This document shows, one piece after another, positions 26,817 through 36,628 of a DNA stretch of 37,808 nt. Both the position numbers and the translations under genes were made by a program. The notes under the pieces were generated by a model that searched no databases, was not told where the DNA came from, and was given only the letters and a program-made list of their open reading frames with translations. The DNA is taken from NCBI GenBank assembly GCA_049646225.1, contig JBARVK010000041.1, positions 1 to 37,808 on the forward strand, read 5' to 3'. This stretch comes from Nodosilinea sp. (lineage in GTDB: Bacteria > Cyanobacteriota > Cyanobacteriia > Phormidesmidales > Phormidesmidaceae). Positions within the stretch are counted from its first letter, which is position 1; every line of letters begins with the position of its first letter.

Positions 26817-28721
26817 GTGTCTGCCGTTTCCGATTCTTCTCCACCGTCTAAGATACCGTCCTCCCAAGCCCAGGCTAACGAGGAGGGCCGTTTGGATCAC
26901 TTTTTAGACGTCAATGGTGGTGCTCCCGGAGCGTTGCCCTCCGATCACCGCTTGGCGGAGAGTGAATCTTTGTCGCCGCTGCCTTTGGCCCAATCGGCTG
27001 ACATCGAATCATCATCGGTATTGCCCAGTGAAAAGGGACTGCCCTTTAGCCAAAAGGCCTATCGCTGGAACCAGGGTCGCTATTCCCGTCGGCGTCGGTT
27101 TGTCGATATTTGGAGCTTTGTACTGCGGCTGCTAGGAGCCCGCTGGCTCTACGGCAAAGCCTGGAGCTACAGGGGTACTATGACGGCTGATGCCCAGGCG
27201 GCGCGGCGACATCAGCTAGCGGTCTGGATTCGCGAGACGCTGCTCGATTTGGGGCCGACTTTTATCAAGGTGGGGCAGCTCTTTTCCACCCGGGCCGATA
27301 TTTTCCCCATTGAGTTTGTCGAAGAGCTCTCTAAGCTACAAGATCGGGTGCCCGCCTTTAGCTATGAACAGGCCCGCGATATTATCGAGGCCGACTTTGG
27401 TAAACCTATTCACACCCTCTACCGCACCTTCGACCCTATTCCTCTCGCCGCCGCCAGTTTGGGGCAGGTGCACCGGGCTCAGCTCCACAACGGTGAGGAG
27501 GTGGTCGTAAAGGTGCAGCGGCCGGGGCTGCGATCGCTCTTCACCATCGACTTGTCGATTCTCAAAGGCATTGCCCACTACTTTCAAAGCCACCCTAGCT
27601 GGGGTAAAGGCCGCGACTGGTTGGGCATCTACGACGAGTGCTGCCGCATCCTGTGGGAGGAAATTGATTATCTCAACGAGGGGCGCAATGCCGACACCTT
27701 TCGGCGCAATTTTCGGAGTGAAAACTGGGTCAACGTACCGCGGGTGTTTTGGCGGCTGACCTCCTCGCGGGTGGTGACGCTGGAGTACATGCCTGGCATT
27801 AAAATCAGCCACTATGACGCGCTTGAGGCGGCAGGGCTAGACCGCAGTCGTTTGGCCCGGCTTGGGGCTCAGGCCTACCTTCATCAGCTGCTGAACGACG
27901 GCTTTTTCCACGCCGACCCTCACCCTGGCAATATTGCCGTCAGCCTAGATGGCTCGCTTATTTTCTATGACTTTGGCATGATGGGTCAGGTGCAGCCGCT
28001 GACCCGTCAGCGATTGATGACAACATTTGTAGGCGTGGCCCAGCGCAATGCTGAGCAGGTAATGAACTCCCTCGTGGAGCTTGGGGCGCTGGCCCAAATC
28101 GAGGATATGAGCCCCGTGCGGCGCTCTATCCAGTATATTTTGGATAACTTCATGGATAAGCCCTTTGAGGAGCAGTCCATCAATGCCATTAGCGACGATC
28201 TGTATGCCGTAGCCTACGATCAGCCCTTTCGTTTTCCAGCTACTTTTACGTGTGTGATGCGAGCGTTTTCTACCCTAGAAGGGGTAGGTAAAGGGCTTGA
28301 CCCCGAGTTTAACTTTATGGAAGCGGCTAAGCCGTTTGCTGCACAGCTTATGTCTAATGGCAATCCGACCGATGGCACAAATAGTCTGCTGGGTGAGCTA
28401 AGCCGTCAGGCCGCCCAGGTCAGTACTTCCGCCCTGGGCCTGCCCCGGCGCATTGAAGACACCCTCGATAAACTAGAGCGCGGCGATATTCGCGTGCGGG
28501 TGCGCTCTATTGAGACTGATCGCGCCCTCCGCCGCATTAGTGGCGTCACCATGGCCAACAATTACGCTATCTTGCTGGGGGCATTTACTCTCTCGGCTAC
28601 CGGGCTGCTGCTGTCAGAGGTTGCCTGGCTGGCTTTGGCTCCGGGGCTGCTAGCGTTGGCTACTGGCGTCGCGTTTCTGCGATCGGTGCTCAAGGTCAAT
28701 CGGGCCGATCGCATGCCCTAA
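26817..28721 (+). CDS. AarF/ABC1/UbiB family atypical kinase
   Basis: LGPTFIKVGQ, AAASLGQVH, VVVKVQRP, FFHADPHPGN, YDFGMMG; C-terminal TM helices. Confidence 0.94.
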   Translation: MSAVSDSSPPSKIPSSQAQANEEGRLDHFLDVNGGAPGALPSDHRLAESESLSPLPLAQSADIESSSVLPSEKGLPFSQKAYRWNQGRYSRRRRFVDIWSFVLRLLGARWLYGKAWSYRGTMTADAQAARRHQLAVWIRETLLDLGPTFIKVGQLFSTRADIFPIEFVEELSKLQDRVPAFSYEQARDIIEADFGKPIHTLYRTFDPIPLAAASLGQVHRAQLHNGEEVVVKVQRPGLRSLFTIDLSILKGIAHYFQSHPSWGKGRDWLGIYDECCRILWEEIDYLNEGRNADTFRRNFRSENWVNVPRVFWRLTSSRVVTLEYMPGIKISHYDALEAAGLDRSRLARLGAQAYLHQLLNDGFFHADPHPGNIAVSLDGSLIFYDFGMMGQVQPLTRQRLMTTFVGVAQRNAEQVMNSLVELGALAQIEDMSPVRRSIQYILDNFMDKPFEEQSINAISDDLYAVAYDQPFRFPATFTCVMRAFSTLEGVGKGLDPEFNFMEAAKPFAAQLMSNGNPTDGTNSLLGELSRQAAQVSTSALGLPRRIEDTLDKLERGDIRVRVRSIETDRALRRISGVTMANNYAILLGAFTLSATGLLLSEVAWLALAPGLLALATGVAFLRSVLKVNRADRMP

Positions 28722-29521
28722 TGGATTGGTCCGATTTTTCTATGGCAGACTGCATTTTTTCAGGCCTATCTGACCCGGGGCTGCTGCGTACCAGCAACCA
28801 GGATGATTACTACATAGACCCTGAGGGGCGTTTTTTTATTGTTGCCGATGGCATGGGGGGCCACGCTGGCGGACAGGAAGCCAGTCGCCTGGCCACAGCG
28901 GCCATCAAAACATTTCTAGACCAGCATTGGCATATTGAGACCGGCACAGAACTGCTGTTAGAGCAGGCCCTAAAACAGGCCAACAACGCTATTCTCGACG
29001 ATCAGCGTCGCCATCCAGTGCGGGCCGACATGGGTACTACGGTGGTGATAGTCACCTTTCGAGACAGCGATCCGCAGCCCTGGTGTGCCCACGTCGGCGA
29101 TTCGCGTCTCTATCGACTGCGGGGCCATCACCTGGAGCAGCTAACCGAAGACCATACCTGGATTGCTAAGGCTATTCGGGCCGGTGAGGTGACCCCAGCC
29201 CAGTCTCGTAGCCACCCCTGGCGGCACGTGCTCTCCCAGTGCCTGGGGCGCGATGACCTGGCTGAAGTTGATATTCAGCCCATTGAGGTTCAGAGCGGCG
29301 ATCGCCTATTGCTGTGCAGCGATGGGCTAACCGAAGAACTATCTGATCACCTAATTGCCTCTCACCTAAAGTCCATTCGCGCCTGCGAGGCAGCGGCGGC
29401 AGCGCTTGTCAACTCTGCTAAGCAACGGGGAGGACGCGACAACATTACGGTAGTCGTAGTAAATGTCGCCTCATCGCTGAGCCACCCTGACCCAGATACC
29501 GACGCTCATACTCACCCTTAG
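28721..29521 (+). CDS. PP2C-type Ser/Thr phosphatase (PphA-like)
   Basis: NQD, VADGMGGH, MGTT, HVGDSR, LTEDH, LCSDGL, GGRDNIT. Confidence 0.94.
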   Translation: MDWSDFSMADCIFSGLSDPGLLRTSNQDDYYIDPEGRFFIVADGMGGHAGGQEASRLATAAIKTFLDQHWHIETGTELLLEQALKQANNAILDDQRRHPVRADMGTTVVIVTFRDSDPQPWCAHVGDSRLYRLRGHHLEQLTEDHTWIAKAIRAGEVTPAQSRSHPWRHVLSQCLGRDDLAEVDIQPIEVQSGDRLLLCSDGLTEELSDHLIASHLKSIRACEAAAAALVNSAKQRGGRDNITVVVVNVASSLSHPDPDTDAHTHP

Positions 29522-29739
29522 GGCGTAACCCCCTCTCCAGAGGTATTTCTGTAGTGACGAGTTCAGTCCACCGGCTCATGCCGGAGGGCTTGATATTGTG
29601 CAAGCAACGTTGGCTTCAGTGTACCTAAAACCCTGATTTTACGTCTGCGCGTCACTTGAGAAGCCTTCTACCCAGGGTTTATTGGCTTAGACAAAGAATA
29701 TCTAAAGAAGTTTACCCTGAGCATTTTTACTTAGCTGTC

Positions 29740-29757
29740 ATTGTTAAAACATGTAAA
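29740..29757 (-). promoter_or_regulatory. HLR1-like (RpaB) site 1 upstream of nblA
   Basis: Reverse complement TTTACATG-TT-TTAACAAT versus consensus KTTACAWW-N2-KTTACAWW. Confidence 0.6.
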
Positions 29758-29836
29758 TTCCCAATCGATAGATGACGGTTTGGGGATGACTTGTTATATT
29801 CGCTCATAACGCCAATGATTGGATCTTTGTCAAATG

Positions 29837-29854
29837 ATTGTTATAATTTGTAAA
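29837..29854 (-). promoter_or_regulatory. HLR1-like (RpaB) site 2 overlapping the extended -10 TGtTATAAT of nblA
   Basis: Reverse complement TTTACAAA-TT-ATAACAAT; TATAAT at 29842-29847 on the + strand. Confidence 0.62.
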
Positions 29855-30038
29855 CCAATCGCGCAGTGATTGCGGTTGGCGTTGTGGTTAAACCTACTCC
29901 AGTCCAGAGGCCAGTAGGGTTCAGCCTGGTTTTCCAGTCCGGAGGGCTAGTCGAACACCATCGGCCAATAACCCAGCACTTTAAAGCTGGGAAGCTGACG
30001 GTAGCTGGAGTGTTGTTCTCTCTCTCAGGAGCAAATCC

Positions 30039-30233
30039 ATGAACGAACCGATGCAACTCTCTCTAGAGCAGCAGTTTAGTCTGCGATCGTTTGAGTCTCA
30101 GGTTGACAAGATGAGTCGTGAGCAAGCTCAGCAGTTTCTAGTCAAGCTGTACGAGCAGATGATGATGCGAGAAAGTATGTACAAGCACTTTCTCAAGCAT
30201 GAGTGGGGTATTGGGCCCAACCCTCAGATCTAG
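30039..30233 (+). CDS. nblA: Phycobilisome degradation protein NblA
   Basis: LSLEQQFSLRSF..QV.KMSREQAQ.FL..LYEQMM; AGGAG SD. Confidence 0.95.
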   Translation: MNEPMQLSLEQQFSLRSFESQVDKMSREQAQQFLVKLYEQMMMRESMYKHFLKHEWGIGPNPQI

Positions 30234-31071
30234 TCTCTGGCTACAGTCGCGATGCGATGAGACAGCATGAAGACAACGACCTCCCTCTCTTGCAGGGTTA
30301 CTTTAAACCAGGCCGGGGATGTCGGGGCGTTAGCTTCAATGCTTCAAGTTTCAAGTGGGCCGATCAGCAGCTGACTGAGGCGTTTGACTACGACTGACCT
30401 TAGCTGAATAATATTTTCTAAACGACGGGTTTGATCGTCTGTTGAGAATCTCTCCAGACCCGACCCAGCCCATTACATAATCTCAATATTTAAGATATTC
30501 AAGTTCCTGGGCCCCTGGGCAAAGCTAGCCGTTACCCGGCTGATTTAAAGAAATTTTTTAGGAAGACCTGACCCTAAGCTTTGCCCATCCTGCATCGGCA
30601 CCTGGCCACAAATTTTCTAACCCTACAGAGCGGGATGCATAACCCTCAATCAGGTAGACCTAAGTTTTCTCTGCCACGAGAGCACCAAAATTAGAACAAT
30701 TCTAGATAGCGGCAGTCAACCAAGAGCTAGATCGCTCTCCGCAGGCCGTGGAATGGTCTCTGCCCTGCTGTATCTATGGCGATGGCCGAAGCTTGAAGGG
30801 CACAATTCAGTGGTCTGGCCTGGTGGCTGAGTCATGGCTGTAGTCGGTCAGGTGAGACAGGCTTAGGGCAAGAAAAGCGGGGTTGAAACCGTCCGCTCAA
30901 ACGCTATGGTTAATAAAGAGGGCTTGTCAGACCGCTAACGGCGGGCTGAAACGATCAAATCCTCTCAATCGTTGAGCTTAATTTGTTGAGCTAGGTGATG
31001 ATGGTCGGCACAGGGCCAGTCTTTGATCATCGAACCGTTGACCAATTTTGTTGCACCTGAACGGGGGAACT

Positions 31072-31944
31072 ATGTTTCAGCGCGCGCTCATCTGTACTGA
31101 CTTTACCGATAGTACCTACCGTCTGGCTCAATTTGTGCCTAGTTTGGCGGCTGGTGGCTTTAAGCATCTAGTGTTTGTGCACTGTGTGTCGGTAGAGAGC
31201 GGCCCAGAGATTCCGCGGCAGAATTCTGACCAGCTAGATGCCATCCGGCAGCGCCTGCAAGACCTGCTGCGGGACGTACCCGATGATATGGATGTCACTG
31301 TCGAAGTTCAGCTGGGTCGCGCCAGCGACTGTATTTTGCGCCTCGCTAAGCAGCACCAGGCCGACGTAATTTTTTTGGGAACGCCGACCCGGACGCTGCT
31401 GGAGGAAAAACTGTTTGGCAGCACCACCGCTACTTTGGCGGAGAAAACCAGCGTACCGTTGGTAATTTTGCGGCCCCAGCTGGTATCTACCTACACTACG
31501 GCTGAATTAGAGCTGCGCTGTGCTCATTTGTTTCGCTACCTGCTCATACCCTACAACGGCACCCAGGCCAGTAAAACGCTAGTTCAAAAAATTCACTACC
31601 AGGTCCAGCACAATCCTAATTCAGTGCTGGAGCGCGTGCGGTTACTGTGGGTTATCGACGACCACGTGCGCCCAGAACTGCATGGCGATCATCCCGTCGA
31701 GCAGGCCCAGCAGGCGCTAGATACCATTCAGGCGGAACTGGCGGAGCTAAATCTGGTAGTCAATACAACCGTGGTGAAAGGCAGTCCCCTGGAAGAGATT
31801 TTGAAAACTGCCGAAACCCACGATATCGGTGCGATCGCCACCTGTTCTCGCAATATTGACGGTATTCTTCGGTGGTCGAGTCCCAGTCTCACCCGAGAGA
31901 TCCTGCGGTGCAGCTGGCATCCGGTACTGTTTTTCCCCAACTAG
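31072..31944 (+). CDS. Universal stress protein, tandem USP domains
   Basis: MFQRALICTDF, LFGSTT, LVILRP, second domain YLLIPYNG, GSP, HPVLFFP. Confidence 0.92.
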   Translation: MFQRALICTDFTDSTYRLAQFVPSLAAGGFKHLVFVHCVSVESGPEIPRQNSDQLDAIRQRLQDLLRDVPDDMDVTVEVQLGRASDCILRLAKQHQADVIFLGTPTRTLLEEKLFGSTTATLAEKTSVPLVILRPQLVSTYTTAELELRCAHLFRYLLIPYNGTQASKTLVQKIHYQVQHNPNSVLERVRLLWVIDDHVRPELHGDHPVEQAQQALDTIQAELAELNLVVNTTVVKGSPLEEILKTAETHDIGAIATCSRNIDGILRWSSPSLTREILRCSWHPVLFFPN

Positions 31945-32048
31945 CCTGACCTGGCCGTGAGTACTTCATGGTGGCCGTTGAGAGACTATTCCTGAATACT
32001 ATGGAGCTAAGCGAGCCACAATAGCAGGCCTATTTCAGTTTTCGAGTA

Positions 32049-33590
32049 CTAGTCGGAGAGACTAGAACCCGTATCGACATAGATGGACTCAAGCTTTTGC
32101 AGTACCTTAGCCTTGAGCTTCGTCTGTAGTTCGTTGCGTAACAGGTCACGACTGGTGGAGATGGCCCCGGTCGAGGGGCGACTGCGAGCCGTGAGCACCC
32201 ACTCATGCAGCAGGCTGCGCTGCGGATCGGAGATGTTACAGCTCAGCACGTGAGCGCAGCGGCGCGGGTTTTCGAGGGCAAATAGCAGCAGTTTATAGGT
32301 GCCGGTTTGACCCAGCAGGCCGGTCATATCTTGACCCAGGGCCGTTTTGAGGTCAAGGTAGCAGGGCAACCACCGGGCTCCATGGGTGCTGCTATAGAGG
32401 ACGGTGAGCCACAGCATCATGGGATGGGGAGCCATGGTGCAGATAAATGTATTGTAGCGGGTACTGACGAGCCGTCGGTTGATCTCGACATCGGGCATCA
32501 TGGCCCACAGGGTGGCTAAAGCTCCTTTACTTGTCGGTAGCGGGTGGGGAAAAACGATTTCGGCGATGGGCTTGGTGGCAGGCCATACGGTCAGCTTGCA
32601 CACCTGGTCTTCTTCGACAACCTCAGCCGCGGCAGGCTGGCGGGTGACGGGCAGCCGATTGAGCGTTGTGCCAATGCGCTGGCTGATGCGAAAGCCACTG
32701 AAATAACGCGATTGCAGCGGCTCTAAGGCCTGCAATATATCTTGGGTACTTTTGGGGCGGTCTTCTGGGGGCTTAGCCATACAGCCCATCACCAGGTCTT
32801 CGAGCAGCTTTGGAATTTTGATGCTGCTGGACACTTCGCCGATGCGCTTTGGGGTTTGGGTCTGGTGCACTTTGTACCAGCCGCCAAAGGTGTGGCTGCT
32901 AGCTCGCAGGGGCAGGTGGCCTGTGAGCATCTGAAACATCATGACCCCGAGGCTGTAAATGTCAGATCGGCTGTCTAGCTCGCGTCCTTCCATTTGCTCT
33001 GGGGAGGCGTAGGCCAGAGTACCCATGAAGCAGTTGGTTTGATCGCTGTCGATCTGCATCAGCTTGGCGATGCCAAAGTCTAAAATTTTGGCCAGCTCCC
33101 CCAGGGTGGAGTCTTGCACAATCATGATGTTGCTGGGCTTGATGTCGCGGTGAATGATAGGGACTGGGTCGGGCTGAGTCTTTAGAATAATGCCATTGTG
33201 GGCCGCCTGCAGACCCAGACAGATTTGCCGGATTAAACCCAAAAATCGAGGTACGGGCAGGGGCTGAAGATTGATCAACTGGCTCAGACTTTGTCCCTGT
33301 AGATACTCCATCACATAGAACGGTACCCCTTCGTCGCTGACACCGTAGTCAGTAACGCGCACCACATGAATGCTCTTTTGGCCCAGTTGGGCGCAGGTCA
33401 TGGCTTCCTGCATGAAGCGATCGCGCATTTTTTCGCCGGGCATCGTCTGGGAGAGAAGCTTCACGGCCACTTTGACGCTGCCCAGCAGTAAATCTTCGGC
33501 CAGATACACACGACCCATAGATCCCTGGCCAATGGGTTCTAGGAGTTCATATCGGTTTGCTAATTTACAGCCTAGATTTGAGTCAGCCAT
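32049..33590 (-). CDS. spkA: Ser/Thr protein kinase, SpkA-like
   Basis: GQGSMG, VAVK, HRDIKPSN, DFG, YASPE, SDIYSLG; C-terminal WP..KP..EIVFP...WLPCYLDLK domain as in SpkA homologues. Confidence 0.88.
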   Translation of the reverse strand: MADSNLGCKLANRYELLEPIGQGSMGRVYLAEDLLLGSVKVAVKLLSQTMPGEKMRDRFMQEAMTCAQLGQKSIHVVRVTDYGVSDEGVPFYVMEYLQGQSLSQLINLQPLPVPRFLGLIRQICLGLQAAHNGIILKTQPDPVPIIHRDIKPSNIMIVQDSTLGELAKILDFGIAKLMQIDSDQTNCFMGTLAYASPEQMEGRELDSRSDIYSLGVMMFQMLTGHLPLRASSHTFGGWYKVHQTQTPKRIGEVSSSIKIPKLLEDLVMGCMAKPPEDRPKSTQDILQALEPLQSRYFSGFRISQRIGTTLNRLPVTRQPAAAEVVEEDQVCKLTVWPATKPIAEIVFPHPLPTSKGALATLWAMMPDVEINRRLVSTRYNTFICTMAPHPMMLWLTVLYSSTHGARWLPCYLDLKTALGQDMTGLLGQTGTYKLLLFALENPRRCAHVLSCNISDPQRSLLHEWVLTARSRPSTGAISTSRDLLRNELQTKLKAKVLQKLESIYVDTGSSLSD

Positions 33591-33969
33591 AAAACGGTCT
33601 TAGCCAAGAGTTGGCGGAGCGGTGAGCGAAGGGATGTTGATAGACAATGATGGGTAGAGCTGCGTTAGCCGCTAGGTGAACCAGTCCAAAACTAACACCG
33701 CCAGGTTACCCAACCGCAGCGATGGATGCTTTTCGGTAACAGGACACGGCCACTCAAACTCCTGGGCTTGCGCTATGAGCCAAGACCGACTTGTCTAAAT
33801 AACGCCCCGATCGTAGTTTGATGCACCCAGCTAGATTGCCAGATCAGGCTCAGTGGATTAAGCCCTGAGCTATGGAGTTAATATGCCCAGCTCTAGCGGC
33901 AAGACATTATTTCCACTGTAGTATATCGACTGAGAACCCTAAAAGAGCTTGTTCACCACTTTAGCTAGG

Positions 33970-34428
33970 TTAGCTTCCCGCAGGAGAGGTGCCCTGTAGG
34001 TGCAGGGTGGCTTCCATAGCGTTGGTCAGATAGTGTCCGGTCATAATGCCGCTAGAGAGATGGTAGCGATCGTCATTAAGGCGGTAGAGGGTTTCAAACC
34101 CGGTGCGGCGCTGGCGATCGCCTAGGGCCCAGTACCGCTGAATAATCGATTCAGGGGCTACCCAGCCCTCTCCTTCAACTCGCCCCAAAAGACTATGCTG
34201 TAGCACAAAGGTGTATTGGCATTCGCCACTGGTCAATCGGCCGCGGTACTGAAGCGCCATTTCGTCGGGTTGGGCATTGGGCATGGCTAGCTTCATGACC
34301 ATGGTGAACCAGTCATCGCGACTCCAGGCAATCAGGATCTTGCCCTTAACCGGCGTGGGCAAGCGATCGCGCTCCATCCAGCTGCCCTGCAAGGTCCACC
34401 GGCCAGGTTCAATTAAAAAGCTATGCAC
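33970..34428 (-). CDS. Conserved hypothetical protein (beta-rich)
   Basis: Likely GTG start 34428 after GGGGAG; HSFLIEPGRW..LGRVEGEGW..RRTGFET. Confidence 0.75.
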   Translation of the reverse strand: MHSFLIEPGRWTLQGSWMERDRLPTPVKGKILIAWSRDDWFTMVMKLAMPNAQPDEMALQYRGRLTSGECQYTFVLQHSLLGRVEGEGWVAPESIIQRYWALGDRQRRTGFETLYRLNDDRYHLSSGIMTGHYLTNAMEATLHLQGTSPAGS

Positions 34429-34568
34429 TACACACCGCTCCCCCAGCCATGAACATCCCCTGTAATACGGCGTTGGTTCAGCCTGACCCACGCTCCTTTG
34501 TCCGTTGCTTCTCAAGCATACGCCCTATTGCTCAGACTGAGGTATGGGGCTCGGGCAACCCCCTGGGG

Positions 34569-35741
34569 TTAAACAGTCAGGAGGGGTTCGCTAAGGTACC
34601 CGAGGACTCTAGCACCCGCAGCACCGGTGACGGCTGGCAGGTTGCCCGGAAAGCCCTGGCGCTGCCAGTAGCCCAGCACGGCAAAGGCGATCGCCTCTTT
34701 GTAGCTAGCCGACAGGCCGACCGCATCGGTCGGTTGTACGGTACTTTCGGGGAGCCGGGCCTGGAGGCGCGCCATTAGCACTGGGTTATGGCTGCCGCCG
34801 CCGCTCACCAGTACGCGATCGGGGCGGGTTGGCAAAAAGGCGCGGTACTCCTGCGCTACGGAGGCGGCGGTAAATTCGGTTAAGGTGGCTACCAAGTCTG
34901 TGGCCTCCAGCCCACGATCCTGGGCATCCTGCTGACACTGCTGAAAGAAATCCCAGCCAAACAGCTCGCGCCCGGTAGATTTAGGCGGCGGCTGGGTGAA
35001 GTAGGGGTGCGCTAACCACTGGTTGACCAGCGGCAGGCAGGGCGTGCCCAGGGCCGCCCAGGCACCGTCGCGATCGTAGGTTAAGCTTCCCTCCGAGAGG
35101 GTATGGACGGCGATATCGATCAGCGAGTTAGCTGGCCCTGTATCCCATCCCAGTACCTTGGGTGCATGGCCCTGACGGTTCCAGGGCGGCAGGTAGGCGA
35201 CATTGCCAATGCCGCCCAGATTTTGCACGCAACGCTCCTCGGTGGGGTGACTGAGCAGGCAGAGATCTAAGACCGGGGCCAGGGGGGCACCCTCGCCGCC
35301 GGCTTCCACATCGGCTTGGCGAAAGTCGCTGACGGTCGGTAACTGAAGCCGCTGAGCAATGATGGCACCGCGCCCCAGCTGCAGGGTGTAGCCCAGCCGC
35401 AATTCTCCGTGACCAGGCCGGGCTGGACGGCCTACCGGGCGGTGAAACACCGTTTGCCCGTGGGATGCCACCAGTTCGGCGGGGCCAGCTTGAGCCATCA
35501 ACGCGGCGGCGGCGGCGGCAAAGCTATGGGCCACGGCATCATCCAGGTGAGCCAGGTGCTCCAGGGTGACGGCCTCGCCAGCGCAAAGGGCTAAAATCTG
35601 CTGCTGAAGCTCGGCGGGGTAGGGCCAGGTTAACCCATCGACCAGGGTCACGGTGAGGTCATAACCCTGACCCCTGATCTCGACGAGAGCGGCATCAATA
35701 CCGTCCACGGAGGTGCCGCTAATCAAACCAATGACGCGCAT
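34569..35741 (-). CDS. anmK: Anhydro-N-acetylmuramic acid kinase
   Basis: GLISGTSVDGID, SHGQTVFH, GGEGAPL, NLGGIGN, DTGPAN, PKSTGRE, GGG. Confidence 0.95.
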   Translation of the reverse strand: MRVIGLISGTSVDGIDAALVEIRGQGYDLTVTLVDGLTWPYPAELQQQILALCAGEAVTLEHLAHLDDAVAHSFAAAAAALMAQAGPAELVASHGQTVFHRPVGRPARPGHGELRLGYTLQLGRGAIIAQRLQLPTVSDFRQADVEAGGEGAPLAPVLDLCLLSHPTEERCVQNLGGIGNVAYLPPWNRQGHAPKVLGWDTGPANSLIDIAVHTLSEGSLTYDRDGAWAALGTPCLPLVNQWLAHPYFTQPPPKSTGRELFGWDFFQQCQQDAQDRGLEATDLVATLTEFTAASVAQEYRAFLPTRPDRVLVSGGGSHNPVLMARLQARLPESTVQPTDAVGLSASYKEAIAFAVLGYWQRQGFPGNLPAVTGAAGARVLGYLSEPLLTV

Positions 35742-35745
35742 AGGG

Positions 35746-36450
35746 CTATACCGGTAGACGCTCTAGTCCTTTGTTGCTGCCAATCACAACCATGAGCCCA
35801 CCGGCCTTGAGCCGGGTGACGGGGCTGGGGTTAATCTCAAACTGATCGGGGTCATTTTCTTGGCTGATCGCCAGCAGGGTAAGCTCGTAGCGGTTGCGTA
35901 GGTCAAGGTCAACAATGGTCTTTTGGTCGAAGGCCTTGGGCACAATCACTTCGGCAATGCAGTGGTTGGGGTCGATCTCAAAGCGATCGAGAATGCCGGG
36001 GGTGGTGAGCGATCGCGCCAGTTCGCAGCCCATTTCGTGCTCGGGAAAGACCACGTGGTCGGCCCCCACCCGATCGAGTAATTTGCCGTGAATCTCTGAA
36101 GACGCCTTGGCTACGACATTTTTGACCCCGGCCTCTTTCAGATTGAGGGTAGTAATAATGCTTTCTTCCACGTAGTTGCCGATCGCCACGATCACGGTGT
36201 CGAAGTCGGTGATACCTGCCTCGCGCAGGGCAGAGGGCTGGGTGGTATCGATCTGGATGGCGTGGGCGGCAATCTGGTCAGTCAGCGCCTGACTGACCCG
36301 ACGCTCGTCGGTATCGGCAGCCAGCACCTCATAGCCCAGGCTGTTGAGCGTGCCGCACACTGCCCGCCCAAACCGCCCTAAGCCAATGACGGCAAACTGT
36401 CGATTGGGCGATCGCATTTTGCGTAAAAACGTCAGCGACGACAGATTCAC
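35746..36450 (-). CDS. ktrA: TrkA/KtrA potassium uptake NAD-binding subunit
   Basis: FAVIGLGRFG, VIVAIG, GADHVVFPE; RCK-C domain. Confidence 0.9.
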   Translation of the reverse strand: MNLSSLTFLRKMRSPNRQFAVIGLGRFGRAVCGTLNSLGYEVLAADTDERRVSQALTDQIAAHAIQIDTTQPSALREAGITDFDTVIVAIGNYVEESIITTLNLKEAGVKNVVAKASSEIHGKLLDRVGADHVVFPEHEMGCELARSLTTPGILDRFEIDPNHCIAEVIVPKAFDQKTIVDLDLRNRYELTLLAISQENDPDQFEINPSPVTRLKAGGLMVVIGSNKGLERLPV

Positions 36451-36628
36451 AACCCCTTTTCCCCGCTAAAACTAGTGCTCTCACTCTGACTTGGTCCGAG
36501 CCTGACCAATCTTATCACCCGCCGCTGTGTCCCCATGTACAACGGCGGATTAGCCCAATAGCTATACGGCGCGAAATCTTTTTTGCTAGGCTAGCCTAAT
36601 GGTTTTGGCCCAGAGGGTAAAGAGGGAC

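Noticed and set aside
30203..30397. Second nblA-like small ORF
   Set aside because: It overlaps nblA out of frame and lacks the L(S/T)LEQ.F motif.
30920..30980. Hammerhead ribozyme or c-di-AMP riboswitch match (CTGAAACG, GGGGGAAC)
   Set aside because: The required cores (CUGAnGA...GAAA...UH, or the ydaO motif order) are not present in the correct arrangement.
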